Notes: generated by a model not told the origin, from the letters alone. A DNA stretch of 64,000 nucleotides from Verrucomicrobiota bacterium (GCA_047947115.1 CP170459.1:2400001-2464000), one strand, 5' to 3'. Positions 46,317 through 57,048 are shown, counted from the stretch's first letter. Numbers and translations: made by a program.

Positions 46317-47243
46317 CTAAAAGAACAAAGCTTCGGCTTTTTGAATGTCTGCCAGGATTTGCTGTTGCAGTGCCTGGATGTCGGGGAAGCGTTGTTCGTT
46401 GCGGATACGTTCCTTGAGTTCCAGTGCCAGGAATTCGCCGTAGATATCCCCCTTGAAATTCAAAAAATGAACCTCGGCCTGGGTGCGGGGGATCGGGTGA
46501 TTCAGGGTGGGACGTGTGCCGATGTTTAAGACTCCATGCAAGGTTGTTCCATCTCGATGGGTTTGGACCGCCCAGACGCCCGGTTTGGGGAGAGTGAGTG
46601 TCTGCACATCCAGATTGGCTGTGGGAAATCCGAGTTTCCGGCCCAGGCCATCTCCTTTCACAACCTCGCCAACCATGCAGTAAGGACGTCCCAGCAGTTC
46701 GGATGCTTTTGAAACATTTCCGTCAGCAAGCAGGTTGCGAATGCGCGTGCTGCTAACCGGTTCGCCATCGCATGTCACCGCCGTTTTACAAGTTGTCTGG
46801 AATCCCCATTGCATTCCCAGTTGCTTGAGGAGGTCGACATTGCCGGTTCGGCGGTGCCCAAATGCGAAATTGTCACCCACACAGATTTCGACAAGTCGGC
46901 CGCAGTGATCTTTGATTTGGTGGATAAAGGAGGCCGCATCCAATTGCCTCAAAGCCTCGTCAAAGGGGACGATCCACGCGATGTTCAATCCTGCTTCTTT
47001 GAGCAATAGCTCCTTCAAACTCTGAGGGTAAATCAGCCCAGGTGCGTGAGAAGGGGCCAGTATGTGAGCCGGATGCTCCTGAAAAGTCAGGGCGAGCGCC
47101 AACCCTGAGTCTGTTTTGGCCTGTTTGATGATGTGGCTTAACAGAGACTGGTGACCGAGGTGCAGTCCGTCGAACATTCCAATGGCACAGTGCACAGGCC
47201 GATCCCGTTGACCGATAGATTGGAATTGACGAATGATATCCAT
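46317..47243 (-). CDS. ribF: Bifunctional riboflavin kinase/FAD synthetase
   Basis: IGMFDGLHLGHQ, VSSTRIR, GRKLGFPTAN, NIGTRPT, EVH. Confidence 0.96.
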   Translation of the reverse strand: MDIIRQFQSIGQRDRPVHCAIGMFDGLHLGHQSLLSHIIKQAKTDSGLALALTFQEHPAHILAPSHAPGLIYPQSLKELLLKEAGLNIAWIVPFDEALRQLDAASFIHQIKDHCGRLVEICVGDNFAFGHRRTGNVDLLKQLGMQWGFQTTCKTAVTCDGEPVSSTRIRNLLADGNVSKASELLGRPYCMVGEVVKGDGLGRKLGFPTANLDVQTLTLPKPGVWAVQTHRDGTTLHGVLNIGTRPTLNHPIPRTQAEVHFLNFKGDIYGEFLALELKERIRNEQRFPDIQALQQQILADIQKAEALFF

Positions 47244-47265
47244 GGGCCGGTGAAAACAGGGGGCT

Positions 47266-47982
47266 TCAGCGCGAGCTGGCCAAAGGAGTGGGTGTGATCA
47301 AACACTTGGTAAGTTCCCCAAGATCCATATCGAGGATGTCCTTCAGTGGCCTGGCATCCTTGATATTGAAATCTCCCGATACCGTTCGGCGCAATGTTTT
47401 CAAAAAAGCGCCGCATCCAACTTGTTTGCCAAGGTCATGCGCCAGGCTGCGCACATAGGTGCCCTTGGTACAGGCAATTTCAAAAGTGCATTCAGGCGCA
47501 GTGTAGTCCTTGATCCGGAAATAATAGATGTGGATCAGACGGGCAGGTCGCTCGACCTCGATGCCTTTGCGCGCCAGTTTGTAGAGCGGAACCCCGTCCT
47601 TCTTGATGGCTGATACCATCGGAGGTGTCTGCATCTGATCCCCCTTGAATGTCAGGGCAATTTTGTTGAGGTCCTCCGGAGAAAGATCCGGGACCTCGCT
47701 TTCGGCAACCGTTTCTCCGTCCACATCATAACTGTTTGTTTCCCGGCCGAGTTCGATGCTGCCCTGGTACACTTTATCCTGTCCCATCAGCCGCTCCGAA
47801 AGTTTGGTTGCTTTTCCCAGAACAAGGATGAGCAGACCGGTTGCGTTTGGATCCAATGTTCCGCAATGACCAACCTTCTTGATGCGAAACTTTCTTCGAA
47901 CGGCATCCACCACATCATGGGATGTCATGCCTGGGGGCTTGTCGACGAGTAAAATGCCGTCCGGAGTGGTGTTTTTAACCAT
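47266..47982 (-). CDS. truB: tRNA pseudouridine(55) synthase
   Basis: [41 protein letters not shown]. Confidence 0.97.
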   Translation of the reverse strand: MVKNTTPDGILLVDKPPGMTSHDVVDAVRRKFRIKKVGHCGTLDPNATGLLILVLGKATKLSERLMGQDKVYQGSIELGRETNSYDVDGETVAESEVPDLSPEDLNKIALTFKGDQMQTPPMVSAIKKDGVPLYKLARKGIEVERPARLIHIYYFRIKDYTAPECTFEIACTKGTYVRSLAHDLGKQVGCGAFLKTLRRTVSGDFNIKDARPLKDILDMDLGELTKCLITPTPLASSR

Positions 47983-48004
47983 CGGATAATGAAATAAATT
48001 AAAA

Positions 48005-49000
48005 TTAAAGATTTTCTGGGGGAACTGCCTGAATGGCCTTGCGTATGGCGGCGATGACTCGACGCTGGACGGTCATCGGTTTGCCTTCGATGCGCGCACC
48101 GGATGCGGCTTTGTGTCCGCCTCCACCGAATTGTTTGGCGATTTCATTCACGTTGATTTCCGGATGCTTCGAGCGAAGACTGATGCGGGTTTCGCCTTGT
48201 TCGATTTCCTCGAACAAGCAGGCGACCTCCACCGGTTCAATAGAACGAATATGATCAATCAAACCCTCTGTATCTTCGCGAGTAGCCCCGGATTTTGAAT
48301 AATCCGATTTTTTCAACCACAAATAGGCAATTCGGTTTTCTTCCGTGAGTTTGAATTGATTATAGACGCGGCGTAACAACCGCACGCGGGGGAGGGGATA
48401 GGATTGGTAAACTTCATCGCAGATGCGGGCAAGGTTTGCCCCTCGTTTGACGAGTTCACCTGCGATTTGAAAGGTGTCAGGACTTGTTGACGGATACTGA
48501 AACGAGCCGGTATCGGTGGAAATGGCGGTGAACAGGCAGTCGGCCATCTCGGCCGTCATGGTCCAACGCGCAGCCTTGATAAGTTGAAAGATCATTTCAC
48601 CACTGGACGAGGCATTGGATGCAATCCAATTGATATCCCCATAGCGTGTGTTGCTGGGATGGTGATCAATATTGATGAGCACCTTGTGGGCTCTGATGGC
48701 ATCACCCACCATGCCCAATCGATCGTAGGAGGCTACATCCACGGCTATGACGCAGTCGAACTGTCTGTCCGGTTCCGGGCATTGGCAGATTCCCTCCGGA
48801 TCCATGAACTTCAACTTGGCGGGTGCGGGATCCTGGTTCCAGCAGACGACGTCGATACCAAGGGCTTTGAGGGCCATGGTAAGAGCCAGCTGAGAGCCAA
48901 GGCAATCGCCGTCCGGACGGATATGTCCAACAACACAGAAGGTTTGGTGCTTCTTGATTTCCTCCAGGATTTTGATGGCTGATTTCGGTGCTGCCTTCAT
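48005..49000 (-). CDS. nrnA: DHH family bifunctional oligoribonuclease/PAP phosphatase
   Basis: HIRPDGD, IDHH, TDTGSF, GGGH; canonical position between rbfA and truB. Confidence 0.9.
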   Translation of the reverse strand: MKAAPKSAIKILEEIKKHQTFCVVGHIRPDGDCLGSQLALTMALKALGIDVVCWNQDPAPAKLKFMDPEGICQCPEPDRQFDCVIAVDVASYDRLGMVGDAIRAHKVLINIDHHPSNTRYGDINWIASNASSSGEMIFQLIKAARWTMTAEMADCLFTAISTDTGSFQYPSTSPDTFQIAGELVKRGANLARICDEVYQSYPLPRVRLLRRVYNQFKLTEENRIAYLWLKKSDYSKSGATREDTEGLIDHIRSIEPVEVACLFEEIEQGETRISLRSKHPEINVNEIAKQFGGGGHKAASGARIEGKPMTVQRRVIAAIRKAIQAVPPENL

Positions 49001-49356
49001 GAGGGCGATTCCTCGGAGTGCTCCAGTTCATCAATGATGCTGAGCACCTGGTTGCCTTTTTCAATGGAGTCGTCGAATGAAAATCGAACCTGTGGTGAAT
49101 ACTTCATGACAACCCGTTGGGAAACATCCTTCTGCAATTCACCTCTGTGCTCATTCAGGTAATGTTCGGACTGCTTGCGTTGATCCTTCGATCCAACGTG
49201 ACCCAAAAGAATTTTTGCGTGTTTCAAATCTCCGGAAACAAAGACTTCGTGAACGGAAACCAGACCGTAGGTTTCCAGAGGTAGATGCTGCCTCAGCAAA
49301 TCTCCGGCTTCCCGTTTCAAAAGCTCGCGAATGCGTTGATGCCTCAATGACTGCAT
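48997..49356 (-). CDS. rbfA: Ribosome-binding factor A
   Basis: R..RI.ELLKRE, VSGDLKHAK, KYSPQVRF.FDDSIE.G; downstream of infB. Confidence 0.93.
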   Translation of the reverse strand: MQSLRHQRIRELLKREAGDLLRQHLPLETYGLVSVHEVFVSGDLKHAKILLGHVGSKDQRKQSEHYLNEHRGELQKDVSQRVVMKYSPQVRFSFDDSIEKGNQVLSIIDELEHSEESPS

Positions 49357-49376
49357 GAATCTGGGGGCTGTCTGCC

Positions 49377-52022
49377 TTACAGCTGTTGGGCCACTTTTTC
49401 GAGTGTGTAAGTCTCGATGATGTCTCCCTCCTGATATCCCTGGAATCCATCAATTCGGATACCACACTCCATACCATTGCGGATCTCCGGCACTTCGTCC
49501 TGAAAACGTCGCAGTGACTGGATGAGACCTTCGTAGATAAGGCTTTCTTTGCGGTAAATACGGGTGCGGCCACGCACCAATTTGCCGTCGGTAACATAAC
49601 TTCCCGCCACCGCTCCACCTTTGGAGAGATCGAAAACTTTGCGCACTTCGGCCTTGCCGGTGACTTGTTCGCGGGTGATCGGGTCCAACAACCCTGCCAT
49701 CGCTTCTCTTACCTCGTCGATCAGTTCGTAAATGATGCTGTAAAGTTTGATCTGGACGCCTTCACGCTTGGCCGTCTCTGTTACTCCCGTGTCTAGTTTG
49801 GTATGAAAACCAATCACAATGGCCCGTGAAGCGGACGCTAGCATCACATCGGAATCGGTGATAGAGCCGACGCCATGGTGGATAACTTCCAGGTCCACCT
49901 TGTCGGAATCGGTTTTGTTGAGCGCATCGACAATGGCTTCAGTGGAACCTTGCGTGTCCGCTTTGACAACCACCTTGAGCGTTTTGGAGGCCCCTTCTTC
50001 CAGTGTGTTGAAAAGGTTCTCCAGAGTGACAGCTTTCCGACGGTCCGCCGATTTCTGACGGGCTTCTTCGCCTCGTTCTTCAGCCAGTTTTCGAGCTTGT
50101 TTCTCTGATTTGACGATATTGAATTCCAGTCCGGCCTCCGGGACGCCATTCAGTCCAAGCACTTTCACCGCCACAGAAGGGCCGGCGGATTTGAGTCGCT
50201 GGCCCTCTTCGTTGATCAAAGCTTTGACTCGGCCCCAGTATGAGCCACAGATTATGGAGTCGCCCACCTTCAATGTCCCTTTTCGGACGAGCACCGTGGC
50301 GGTTGGTCCCCCTTGTTGCAAGCCGGATTCGATGACATTTCCGGTTGCATTACGATCAGGATTGGCCTTGAGTTCGAGGACTTCAGCCTGCAGCAGCACC
50401 ATTTCCAGCAGGGAATCCACACCCTGCTTCGTGACAGCTGACACGTCCACAAAAATAGTATCTCCACCCCATTCCTCGCACATTAAACCGCGATCCTGCA
50501 ATTGCTGCCGTGCCTTCAGTGGGTTGGCTGAAGGGTGATCGCATTTGTTGACCGCGACGATGATGGGAACGCCTGCGGCTTTGGCATGGTTGAGAGCCTC
50601 AATGGTTTGAGGCATCACTCCGTCGTCTGCTGCAACCACTAGGATGACGATGTCGGTGACATTGGCTCCACGTGCTCGCATGGCACTAAACGCCGCGTGA
50701 CCTGGTGTGTCCAGAAAGGTGATTTGCTGAATTTCCTCCGGACGTTCGGGGTGTGGGAAATGGATGGTGTATGCACCGATGTGTTGGGTGATACCTCCTG
50801 CTTCTCTCGAGACGACGTTGGATTTGCGGATGACGTCGAGCAAGGTGGTTTTTCCGTGATCCACGTGTCCCATGATAGTGACCACTGGAGGTCGCAGGGA
50901 AAGGTCTTCGTCTTTGTCCCGATGGTCGAGTTTGATTTTTTCGACCGTTTTGGTGACACCTGCACCCTTTTCACGTTTCTCAACTTCAAAACGGAACCCG
51001 TGTTTGGCGCATACCTGTTTGGCAACCGGTTCTTCGATCGCCTGGTTTACCGTGGCAAATACATTGAGCTCCATCAGATCAGCGATCAATTGGAACGGCT
51101 TGCGATCCATCTCCTGAGCCAAGTCGCGAATGATGATCGGGGGCTTGAGGTTAATGAGTTTGCCGGATTCCGGAACCTTGTATTTTTGAACAAATTTCGG
51201 TTTGGGCTTAGGCTGGTTGAAGCTAGAGCTTGCTGCTGCGCCACCATCCTGGTTTTGCCCTGGTTGTCCCGGGCGGCCCTGAAATTTTGTCGTGGCGGAT
51301 TCTCGTTCCTTCTGCTTGGCTTTCTTCCTTTGCTCCCGTTCTTTGCGCCGGTCTGCCATGCGGGACTGTTTGCTTGGGCCTGCCTGTCTTGTTGGCAACT
51401 GGATGAAACCGACCTTTGCTCCCAACCCGGGCTTGGCGGTTTCTTCGGGTGTTTCCGCTGTTTCCGGTTGAGTGGTCTGCACCGGTTCCACCACTGCAGG
51501 CTCTTCAGGCGGTAATTCAGCGGCAACTTCCTGTTCCGAGGAGGCTTCCGGAGCCTGTTCTGGCTCGACCTGTTCTACGCTGACTTCCTGTTCGGGAGTT
51601 GCTTCCACGGGTTCCTCCTCGACGGTATCGGGCTGCGCGCTCTGCTCAGCCTGCTCATCGCCGGCATCTTCAGGCTCTTCCGGCTCGGCGTGAATCACCT
51701 TGATGGAGGGCTCCTCCATAACTGGTTCTTCTGCCGATTCAGCTTCGTGAGAAGTTTCCTCTGCAGGTGCCTCGTTCGTCTGTTCGGCGTGTGCCTCGTC
51801 GTCGTCTTTTTTGACGACAGTGATGCCTTCAGCTTCAGTGGTGGCTGGGCTTTCCTCTTCTCTTTGGCCACCCAATTCCTTGATCAGGTACTCGGCGGAA
51901 ATTTTATCAATCGAGCTGGATGGTACTTTGGCATTTGCGATCCCCAGGTCCTTGGCGCGTGCGATGACTTCCTTGTTGGGCATGCCAAGGGTTCTGGCGA
52001 TATCGTATATACGAACGGGCAT
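49377..52022 (-). CDS. infB: Translation initiation factor IF-2
   Basis: MPVRIYDIA N-domain; RPPVVTIMGHVDHGKTTLLD, GGITQHIGAY, DTPGH, NKCD, GMECGI. Confidence 0.98.
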   Translation of the reverse strand: MPVRIYDIARTLGMPNKEVIARAKDLGIANAKVPSSSIDKISAEYLIKELGGQREEESPATTEAEGITVVKKDDDEAHAEQTNEAPAEETSHEAESAEEPVMEEPSIKVIHAEPEEPEDAGDEQAEQSAQPDTVEEEPVEATPEQEVSVEQVEPEQAPEASSEQEVAAELPPEEPAVVEPVQTTQPETAETPEETAKPGLGAKVGFIQLPTRQAGPSKQSRMADRRKEREQRKKAKQKERESATTKFQGRPGQPGQNQDGGAAASSSFNQPKPKPKFVQKYKVPESGKLINLKPPIIIRDLAQEMDRKPFQLIADLMELNVFATVNQAIEEPVAKQVCAKHGFRFEVEKREKGAGVTKTVEKIKLDHRDKDEDLSLRPPVVTIMGHVDHGKTTLLDVIRKSNVVSREAGGITQHIGAYTIHFPHPERPEEIQQITFLDTPGHAAFSAMRARGANVTDIVILVVAADDGVMPQTIEALNHAKAAGVPIIVAVNKCDHPSANPLKARQQLQDRGLMCEEWGGDTIFVDVSAVTKQGVDSLLEMVLLQAEVLELKANPDRNATGNVIESGLQQGGPTATVLVRKGTLKVGDSIICGSYWGRVKALINEEGQRLKSAGPSVAVKVLGLNGVPEAGLEFNIVKSEKQARKLAEERGEEARQKSADRRKAVTLENLFNTLEEGASKTLKVVVKADTQGSTEAIVDALNKTDSDKVDLEVIHHGVGSITDSDVMLASASRAIVIGFHTKLDTGVTETAKREGVQIKLYSIIYELIDEVREAMAGLLDPITREQVTGKAEVRKVFDLSKGGAVAGSYVTDGKLVRGRTRIYRKESLIYEGLIQSLRRFQDEVPEIRNGMECGIRIDGFQGYQEGDIIETYTLEKVAQQL

Positions 52023-52127
52023 AAATTTTTTCTGGCAGGCCGACTTCAAGGAGGAGGTCGTCGGCTTGCTTTAACTTTTCTTGCAATTTGTTTTTTATCA
52101 ATATGGTTCGATTCCTTAGCGGACGAA

Positions 52128-53405
52128 CTAAGATGCCTCACCCTCCTCTGATGGGGCATTTCTTCGCTGTGTTTCCATCTGAACAGCTTCCAGAATGTCT
52201 TTGGCGGCGTCACCAATACCTGGTACTTCCATCAAGTCATCAATTTCTACTTGAAGGAGATCTTCCAAGGTATGAAAACCACTGTTCACCAGAGCTGTGG
52301 CTTGTTCTTCGGAAATACCGTCGATGCTGGCGAAAGCTCTCACAGCTTGAGCTACTTTCTCCTCAAATCCAAGTGTCTTTTCTTCCCTTGCTTGAATGTC
52401 AACATGCCAGCCACAAAGCTTGGAGGTCAGTCGAGCATTCTGGCCGCGCTTGCCGATTGCAAGTGAGAGCTGTTCTTCGTCCACCATGACGTTCAGACGA
52501 CGTCTTTCCTCGTCAATGTCGATGGACTGAAGTTTCGCCGGGTTCAGTGCGTTGGCAACGAACTGGGTGATATCGGGATCCCATGGGATGATATCCACTT
52601 TTTCATTGTTCAACTCGCGCACGATGTTTTTGACGCGCTGGCCTCGAAGTCCCACACAGGCTCCCACCGGATCGACTTTTTCGTCTCTGGAATGAACGGC
52701 CAATTTGGTGCGATAACCCGGTTCACGGGCTATGGCTTTGACCTCGATGGTCCCATCGTTGATTTCTGAAACTTCCAACTTGAAAAGCTTGATGACAAAA
52801 TTGGGGTCGGCACGACTTAGGATGATTTCGGGTCCATGTGACCCGGTATCGACCGCCTTGACAAAGCATCGAACGCGCTCTCCAACCTGATATTCTTCAG
52901 TGGGGACACGCTCGCGATTTGGGAGAAGTGCTTCAAATTTCCCCAGATCGAGGTAAACATCGGACCGTTCAAACCGGCGGACAATGCCGCTGACAATGTC
53001 GCCTGTCCGATCCTTGAATTCGCTGTAGATGAGCTGTTTTTCAGCTTTGCGGATATGCTGAAGCAAGGCTTGTTTGGCGTTTTGAGAAGCAATTCGCCCG
53101 AAGTTTTCGGGGGTGACCTCCACCTCAACCTCTTCGCCCAGCTGGGCATTGGGGTGGTGGCGCCGGGCTTCCGCCACTGAAATATGGTCATGCTTGGATT
53201 CCGGTTTTTCCATGACCATCAGCGTCGCATAAGCGCGAATATCGCCGGATTTCGGATCAATTTGCACGCGCAGATTTCTCGCTGGTCCTACGGCCTTTTT
53301 GGCCGCTGAAATCAGCGCTTCTTCGACAGCCTGAAGCAAGACATCTTTGCTGATGCCTTTCTCCCGCTCCCAGTATTCTAATATGGCTAATAAATCTGCA
53401 TTCAT
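52128..53405 (-). CDS. nusA: Transcription termination/antitermination factor NusA
   Basis: FGRIASQNAKQ, S1 and KH domains (AREPGYRTK, DPVGACVG, LSLAIGKRGQNARL); SD AAAGGA upstream. Confidence 0.97.
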   Translation of the reverse strand: MNADLLAILEYWEREKGISKDVLLQAVEEALISAAKKAVGPARNLRVQIDPKSGDIRAYATLMVMEKPESKHDHISVAEARRHHPNAQLGEEVEVEVTPENFGRIASQNAKQALLQHIRKAEKQLIYSEFKDRTGDIVSGIVRRFERSDVYLDLGKFEALLPNRERVPTEEYQVGERVRCFVKAVDTGSHGPEIILSRADPNFVIKLFKLEVSEINDGTIEVKAIAREPGYRTKLAVHSRDEKVDPVGACVGLRGQRVKNIVRELNNEKVDIIPWDPDITQFVANALNPAKLQSIDIDEERRRLNVMVDEEQLSLAIGKRGQNARLTSKLCGWHVDIQAREEKTLGFEEKVAQAVRAFASIDGISEEQATALVNSGFHTLEDLLQVEIDDLMEVPGIGDAAKDILEAVQMETQRRNAPSEEGEAS

Positions 53406-53436
53406 CCGCGAGATTCCTTTTCTCGTTAAAGAGAAC

Positions 53437-53465
53437 AAAAAAGCCGGCTGATAATCGCCGACTCT
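53437..53465 (-). terminator. Leader terminator (attenuator) upstream of nusA
   Basis: Minus strand AGAGTCGGC-GATTATCA-GCCGGC-TTTTTT, about 30 nt before the nusA ATG and downstream of a promoter. Confidence 0.7.
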
Positions 53466-53503
53466 GGCGTGCCGCTCACTGCGGCCTTAAATTGTTATGG
53501 AAC

Positions 53504-53532
53504 AAACTAATTGGGGCCAAGTAGAGCGTCAA
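53504..53532 (-). promoter_or_regulatory. Putative sigma70 promoter of the nusA operon
   Basis: TTGACG-N17-TAGTTT on the minus strand. Confidence 0.55.
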
Positions 53533-53747
53533 GTTCGTTTTAAGGGCAAAATGATCCGATTTCACTCGCGGTGGTTCGTTTCCGGTGTTGCCTGTTTTTT
53601 ATTTGACTTGGCTGGAACATGCTCATCTCGAGAAGGGAAAATCAGTGGGTGACTGCCGTTGACACCGCCGCCGGCTATGCCCAATAATGGACTTGCCTGG
53701 TCGAAACGCGGGAACCGCTCCCGTCCCAGCCTGGTTGAACATACGAT

Positions 53748-54059
53748 ATGAACGATTCGAGTCAGGAAACATTGAGAGCCCCGCGCGAGCGGTTGGCAAA
53801 CGAATTGCAGGCCATCATTCAGGATGCCGAAGCGCTCTTGAATGCCACGGCTTCAGAAAAAGGTGAGAAAGCCGATTCCGCTCGCGCCAAAATGAAAGAC
53901 GCCCTGGAGCGCGCCAAGGCAAATTACAGCAGCCTGGAGGGAAGAGCTCTGGCGCATGCTAAAGCAACCGATGAAGTCATACGCAGGCACCCGTACGAAA
54001 CACTTGGCGTCGGGTTTGGTCTCGGTCTGGTGCTGGGGCTGCTTCTGAACAGGCGCTGA
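53748..54059 (+). CDS. DUF883 family (ElaB/YqjD) tail-anchored membrane protein
   Basis: DAEALL.ATA, D..IRRHPYETLGVGFGLGLVLGLLLNRR. Confidence 0.92.
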   Translation: MNDSSQETLRAPRERLANELQAIIQDAEALLNATASEKGEKADSARAKMKDALERAKANYSSLEGRALAHAKATDEVIRRHPYETLGVGFGLGLVLGLLLNRR

Positions 54060-54069
54060 TTCCAATCTC

Positions 54070-54468
54070 ATGAATGCTCCTCATGACCCTAGCGAATCAT
54101 CCTCACCGATGATTGATTCCGCCGGACGTTGGTCGGATTCACTGCTGAATTTCATCCGGACTCGCATTGAGTTATTTCTCCTAGAGCTTGAAGAGGGGAA
54201 GATTCATCTGGCAGAGATGCTGATCTGGCTGGTTTGTTTTGCTGTCTTTGCCCTGATGTTCATCGCTGTGACCACAGTTGCTTTTTTATATTTTCTCCCA
54301 ACTGGTTGGCGGGGCGCTGGGCTCATCGGTTTGTTGCTGGGGTACGGGTGTGTTACCTTGGTTTGTCTATTGCGCCTGAAGCGGTTGGCTCAATCGGAAA
54401 CTCCCATGTTCCAAGCTTCACTGGAACAACTTAAAAAGGATCAGTCATGTTTTTCGAATCGAAAATAA
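54070..54468 (+). CDS. YqjE-like (phage holin superfamily) membrane protein
   Basis: TRIELFLLELEE, two TM helices, FQASLEQLKKD; follows the DUF883 gene. Confidence 0.85.
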   Translation: MNAPHDPSESSSPMIDSAGRWSDSLLNFIRTRIELFLLELEEGKIHLAEMLIWLVCFAVFALMFIAVTTVAFLYFLPTGWRGAGLIGLLLGYGCVTLVCLLRLKRLAQSETPMFQASLEQLKKDQSCFSNRK

Positions 54469-54770
54469 AAGCCAACAAAGTGCGCAAGCAGATGCTTGTT
54501 CTGGAGTGTGATACTCAGCGACTTTTGATTGAGGAACGTTGGCGTGATTTGCGCCGTCAGGTTCGGTTTGGGAAGGGGAGCCTCAACGGTAAGTCGGGAC
54601 GCTGGCAGCAAGTGGCCGCGTTGGCGGCACCTGTCGGGGCTTTTTTTCTGACCCGATGGTTGCGCCGGAAGGAGCCGGCGTCCACTCAGCAGGAGCGCTC
54701 CGTCACCGGAGATTATTTGAGCTTGCTGGGCTCCGTTTTTGATTGGATGGGGCGATTTCACCGATCCTGA
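54447..54770 (+). CDS. YqjK-like protein
   Basis: RKQMLVLECDTQR; third gene of a yqjD-yqjE-yqjK-like triad. Confidence 0.6.
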   Translation: MFFESKIKANKVRKQMLVLECDTQRLLIEERWRDLRRQVRFGKGSLNGKSGRWQQVAALAAPVGAFFLTRWLRRKEPASTQQERSVTGDYLSLLGSVFDWMGRFHRS

Positions 54771-55020
54771 TTCGGCATTGCCCCTGGAACGTGAGTGATT
54801 TTTGGGTATTGTCTTCTTTCCTGATGGTTCCTGATGGATAACGGATTATTTTGCCAGGGGCGCTCGACTTTCTTTTGATCCCATGAAGTATTTTGCAGAT
54901 TTCGGAATCAATCCTGCTGCTTTTTCTTTGATCCGTATCCCCATTGGTCTCCGGGGTGGATTCTGTGGAAAAGTTGTTTATTTAGTTTAACTAATTAATT
55001 ATCAGTCTGATGTCTCGATA

Positions 55021-55911
55021 ATGGATAGGGGAATACCCATCATTGACCCGGAAAAGGAGAAAGAGTCCAACTCCTTGATTGCCTTGCTTTGGCCGTTTGA
55101 TGAGTTGCGCAAGTTGAGTGAGATGGATAATCGCAACTTGCTGGCCATAACGGCGATCGGCGTTGTTCCTATGGTGATTTTGACTTTGTTTTCTGGTTTG
55201 ATCAGGGAGCAATTTGCTTTTGTTTTGACTGGTTTGTATTTCTCGGTCCTCTGGTCCATTCTATTTTATAACCTTTTCCCTGCACCTTCGATACGTATTG
55301 GGACGTCCGTGTTCTGTTTCTTGGGGACTGCGTTGGTGTCTGTGAGTTTTCTTGCTTTGATATTCAAACTTCCATTTGTTCGTCTTGATTTCGATATGCT
55401 CAGGTCGCCAAACCATTTGGAGCGATTTGTCGGATTCTGGCTGTGGGTTGGTTTTCCGGAGGAGTTGGTAAAGGTCTTCATGCTTTACGTGTTATCGAGG
55501 CGAAAGGATATTCTTTTCCCGAGTACGTATGCTTACTATGGAATGGTGTGTGGATTGGGGTTTGGAATTTATGAGGGCATGGATTATCAAATGGGAGCCA
55601 ATCATCAATTGGCTGAGAGTCCGGGCGAATATCTTTTTTTGAATCTGTTGCGTCTGACCACGCTTCCGGTGTTGCACGCCGTTTGGACGGGGATTGCTGG
55701 GTTTTTCCTTGGGTTCCTGTTCCTTTATCGTCAAAAGATGATCCTGTTGCTGCTTGTGGGCCTGGGAGTGCCCTCTGTATTGCACGCTCTCTTCAATGCG
55801 TTTAATCACACTGTGGCCAGCCTTGGGCTTGCGATCATGAGCGTCCTGGTTTTTAGCCTTTACTTTGCCAAGCATGAAACGCTGAATTACTTCCTTGGGA
55901 GACAGCAGTGA
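55021..55911 (+). CDS. PrsW-family intramembrane glutamic protease
   Basis: PEELVK, GLGFGIYE, LHAVWTG, LHALFN; multiple TM helices. Confidence 0.88.
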   Translation: MDRGIPIIDPEKEKESNSLIALLWPFDELRKLSEMDNRNLLAITAIGVVPMVILTLFSGLIREQFAFVLTGLYFSVLWSILFYNLFPAPSIRIGTSVFCFLGTALVSVSFLALIFKLPFVRLDFDMLRSPNHLERFVGFWLWVGFPEELVKVFMLYVLSRRKDILFPSTYAYYGMVCGLGFGIYEGMDYQMGANHQLAESPGEYLFLNLLRLTTLPVLHAVWTGIAGFFLGFLFLYRQKMILLLLVGLGVPSVLHALFNAFNHTVASLGLAIMSVLVFSLYFAKHETLNYFLGRQQ

Positions 55912-56058
55912 TCGTTCACTGCTTGGCGAGTCTCTTCAAGATGGATCAAAATCAAACTTGATCGTGTTGTAACATTCTGTCCATACTCCTGACACATCCT
56001 TTCGGGCGTTCGGTTCGGTCTTGTTCGAGATGTTTAACATCCTTGTCATTAAATTAAT

Positions 56059-57003
56059 GTGAAAGTTTTTAGCGGTACCTCCAATTTGCCTTTGGCAAAC
56101 AAAATCACCGATTACATGGGGATTCCACTCGGTCGCTGCAAGGTCAGCGCATTTCCTGATGGAGAAACCTTTGTCAAGATCGAGGAAAACGTCAGGGGGC
56201 AGGATGTTTTTGTTCTGCAATCCACTTCCCCGCCCACCAATCACCACTTGATGGAGATGTTCATCATGATCGATGCGCTGCGACGGGCAAGCGCGTCACG
56301 GATCACGGCGGTGCTGCCTTTCTACGGATATGCGCGTCAGGATCGAAAGGATCAGCCACGCGTACCCATCACAGCCAAGCTGGTCGCCAACCTGATCGTT
56401 GCTGCCGGTGCGCATCGAGTGTTGACCATGGATCTGCACGCCCAGCAGATCCAGGGATTTTTTGATATACCGGTGGATCACCTGTATGCAGCGCCGGTCA
56501 TGTATGAATACCTGCGCAAGAAGAATGTACAGGATCTGGTGGTGGTCAGTCCTGATGCGGGTGGCATCAAGATGGCGCACGCTTACTCGGAGGTGCTTGG
56601 CTGTTCACTTGCCATTGTTGCGAAGCGACGCAAAAGCGCCACCGAGGTGGAAAGCATGACATTGATCGGGGATATAGCCGGGAAATCGGTGTTGTTGGTC
56701 GATGATTTGACCGAAACCGCAGGAACCCTGACCGAAGCGGCCCGGCTTCTCAAAACACAAGGTGCGCGATCCGTCTTTGCCTGTGTGTCTCATGCTCTGT
56801 TGAATGATCTTGGAATCGAAAGATTACGAAAATCAGATATTGACGAGTTGATAACAACTGATACAGTTCTTCGCTCCGCCGTGGAAGGCGTCAACATCAC
56901 CACCCTATCGGTGGCAGGACTTTTGGGCGAAGCGATCAAGCGAATCCACAACAATTCGTCGGTCAATTCGCTCTTTGAGTTTAACGGCGCGCGAACGAGT
57001 TAA
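56059..57003 (+). CDS. prs: Ribose-phosphate pyrophosphokinase
   Basis: FPDGE, YGYARQDRK, DLHAQQIQGFFD, VSPDAGG, VDDLTETAGT. Confidence 0.97.
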   Translation: MKVFSGTSNLPLANKITDYMGIPLGRCKVSAFPDGETFVKIEENVRGQDVFVLQSTSPPTNHHLMEMFIMIDALRRASASRITAVLPFYGYARQDRKDQPRVPITAKLVANLIVAAGAHRVLTMDLHAQQIQGFFDIPVDHLYAAPVMYEYLRKKNVQDLVVVSPDAGGIKMAHAYSEVLGCSLAIVAKRRKSATEVESMTLIGDIAGKSVLLVDDLTETAGTLTEAARLLKTQGARSVFACVSHALLNDLGIERLRKSDIDELITTDTVLRSAVEGVNITTLSVAGLLGEAIKRIHNNSSVNSLFEFNGARTS

Positions 57004-57048
57004 GCGGAATGACCTTTGCGAAAAGCAATCAAGTTTAGATATAAATAC

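Noticed and set aside
54070..54468. Holin-superfamily protein as evidence of a prophage
   Set aside because: It sits in a yqjD/E/K-like housekeeping triad with no phage genes nearby.
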